The notes under the pieces were generated by a model that was given only the letters and a program-made list of their open reading frames with translations, was not told the origin of the DNA and ran no database searches. From Candidatus Moraniibacteriota bacterium (GTDB taxonomy: Bacteria; Patescibacteriota; Minisyncoccia; Moranbacterales; GCA-2747515): a stretch of 59,747 nt of DNA. Positions 58,052 through 59,747 of the stretch are shown here, in pieces. The stretch covers positions 1-59,747 of the forward strand of contig PDPP01000020.1 of assembly GCA_002747515.1 (NCBI GenBank), given 5' to 3'. How positions within the stretch are numbered: the stretch's first letter is position 1; every line of letters begins with the position of its first letter. The position numbers were made by a program, and so were the translations under genes.

Positions 58052-58157
58052 TTACCAATTTTCGTTGACTTATTGTTCTTTTTGTGCTATAATTCAGTGT
58101 TTCTTTAACAATAATATAGAATTGTATTTTCTCACATTTCACAGTATAGGAGGGTGA

Positions 58158-59747
58158 ATGATGATTGCATTGTATCCGGAGTATCAAGTGCCGGCATTTC
58201 AAAAGCTAGTGCGGCATTTTAAAAGTAATGCCAGAGCGCTCATGGTTATGGCAACTGGTCTTGGAAAGACGATTGTCGCTGCATTTTGGGCGAAACGTGA
58301 ATACACAAAAGATCGGAAAGGGTTGTTTTTGTGCCATGATACTGGTATTTTGGATCAGGCACAAAGCGCATTTCGTAAAGTGATGGGAAACACGGTTTCT
58401 CTCAAAACATTTTATGGTAACGACAAAGACTGGAGTGCGGATAAGGGAGATGTTGTGTTTGCGACATTTCAAACATTAACCAATACAAATCCATTTTTTG
58501 CGGATGAGTTTGACTTCATCATCGTTGATGAGTCACATCACGGACAAGCACCGACGTACAAAGAAGTGATTCAATACTTCACACCGGCAAAACTTCTCGG
58601 TATGACAGCGACACCCAACAGGGAAGACATGCAGGATATTAGAGACATTTTTGGTGATGAAGTGGTAGATATTTCACTGGAAGAAGGTATTGCCAGTGGC
58701 TGGCTGTCACAAGTGGAATATCACATTCTCAATGACAATCTTAATCATTGGAAGCTGAAAAAAATTGCTTCGGATGTTTTGGAAAATGGAAAGCGTATTT
58801 CCCTGAAACAACTCAATGAAACAATTTTTGTCACAGCGCGTGATAGAGAAATTGCTGAAATCATTCAGCAGTATGCTGGTGATACAAAGAAAGTGATGAT
58901 TTTTTGTGAGAGTATCCCTCATGCAGAAAACTTTCAAAATTTTTTGCCACATGCAGAAGTGTATCATTCAAAGAAATCAAAGAAGCATAACCGTGCGGTT
59001 TTGCAAAGCTTTAGAGATGGCAATAATCAGTATATTCTTTCAGTCGACAAGATGAATGAGGGTATTGATGTGCCTGACGCTGAAGTGATTGTGTTTCTTA
59101 GACATACTGATTCCACAAGGATTTTTTATCAACAACTTGGGAGGGGTTTGCGTAAAATTCTCCAGAAGAAAAAAGTTGTTGTGTTGGATTTTGTGGCAAA
59201 TTGTGAGCGTATTATTGCTATGCAACAGTTTGTTCGGGATATCAAAAAACATGTAGGAGGCAATTTCGATCTGTCGAAAGATGTGCTACGTGTTTCCGGT
59301 GCGGCGTTTGAGTTTATCTTTGAAGATGCGCATGTTGACATTTTGGAAGTGATTAAAAAGATTACAGCCAAAGTGCATGTTTCAGATATTCCGCATTTAC
59401 AAGCGGAATATTCACCAAAAAATCCAATTCCGGCAAATCAAATCATCGCTGGCACACACAAAAAACTTTGGTGGATATGCTCGGTTTGTTCACACGAGTG
59501 GCAAGCTCCGGGAAGAAGTCGTGTACGTGGAATAGGGTGTCCCGCATGTGCCGGTCGAGTTGCCACAAAGACCAATAACCTTGCCGTGACACACCCAGAG
59601 TTAGCCAAAGAATATGCACCAAAAAATACACTCCCAGCAGATCACGTCATTGCTGGTACGAACAAAAAACTTTGGTGGACATGTTCGGTATGTTCACACG
59701 AGTGGCAAGCTCAAGGAAGTGATCGTGTACAAGGAACTGGTTGCCCA
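58158..59747 (+). CDS. SF2 DExH helicase (ResIII-like) with tandem zinc-ribbon repeats; runs off the window and is absent from the ORF track
   Basis: Own translation from ATG 58158 (AGGAGG RBS): MATGLGKT, VDESHH, GMTATP, EGIDVP, QQLGRGLR, then repeats KKLWWxCSVCSHEWQA..R..G.GCP. Confidence 0.9.
   Translation, partial: MMIALYPEYQVPAFQKLVRHFKSNARALMVMATGLGKTIVAAFWAKREYTKDRKGLFLCHDTGILDQAQSAFRKVMGNTVSLKTFYGNDKDWSADKGDVVFATFQTLTNTNPFFADEFDFIIVDESHHGQAPTYKEVIQYFTPAKLLGMTATPNREDMQDIRDIFGDEVVDISLEEGIASGWLSQVEYHILNDNLNHWKLKKIASDVLENGKRISLKQLNETIFVTARDREIAEIIQQYAGDTKKVMIFCESIPHAENFQNFLPHAEVYHSKKSKKHNRAVLQSFRDGNNQYILSVDKMNEGIDVPDAEVIVFLRHTDSTRIFYQQLGRGLRKILQKKKVVVLDFVANCERIIAMQQFVRDIKKHVGGNFDLSKDVLRVSGAAFEFIFEDAHVDILEVIKKITAKVHVSDIPHLQAEYSPKNPIPANQIIAGTHKKLWWICSVCSHEWQAPGRSRVRGIGCPACAGRVATKTNNLAVTHPELAKEYAPKNTLPADHVIAGTNKKLWWTCSVCSHEWQAQGSDRVQGTGCP

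Noticed and set aside
1-59747. CRISPR array, rRNA or prophage
   Set aside because: No regularly spaced repeat-spacer series, rRNA-like sequence or phage structural/terminase genes seen; the Bro-N and holin-like genes are isolated.
1-59747. Alternative genetic code (UGA=Gly as in Gracilibacteria)
   Set aside because: TGA ends genes at their expected C-termini (polA, speE-like, yerC) and conserved genes are not interrupted.

Overview
Low-GC bacterial chromosomal segment using genetic code 11 (TGA is a stop). Gene content suggests a Patescibacteria/CPR genome, plausibly Parcubacteria such as Moranbacteria; this is inference from the alpha2-type GlyRS, short IF-2, short UvrC, DUF3048/DUF4446/DUF2207/GerMN proteins and SD-less core genes. 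The backbone is housekeeping and repair (ppi, polA, holA, rpsT, ruvA, rsmI, glyS, pepA, uvrA, uvrC, nth, cca, infB, tRNA-Gly), interspersed with accessory genes. Main findings: (1) a TrpR/YerC(HisR)-like repressor gene whose own 3' end carries His-His codons followed by a complete 1:2 / 2:3 / 3:4 attenuator, with a HisR-type operator on its promoter, upstream of a GNAT plus deacylase pair; (2) a very compact glycine T-box riboswitch with an apparent ultrashort Stem I and an orphan ORF between it and glyS; (3) an ~9 kb XpaC-like/TelA/DUF4178/DUF2617/lipoprotein/DUF350/aminopropyltransferase/K+ channel operon; (4) local C-rich to G/T-rich skew flips at gene junctions that often hold accessory genes; (5) a nuclease gene between two identical copies of a 36-bp terminator; (6) a circularly permuted DsbA; (7) a PEP-CTERM protein; (8) a tRNA-adjacent island with GIY-YIG, an IS481-like element and an SF2 helicase with tandem zinc-ribbon repeats that runs off the window. 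All family calls are by eye from motifs; no searches were run.
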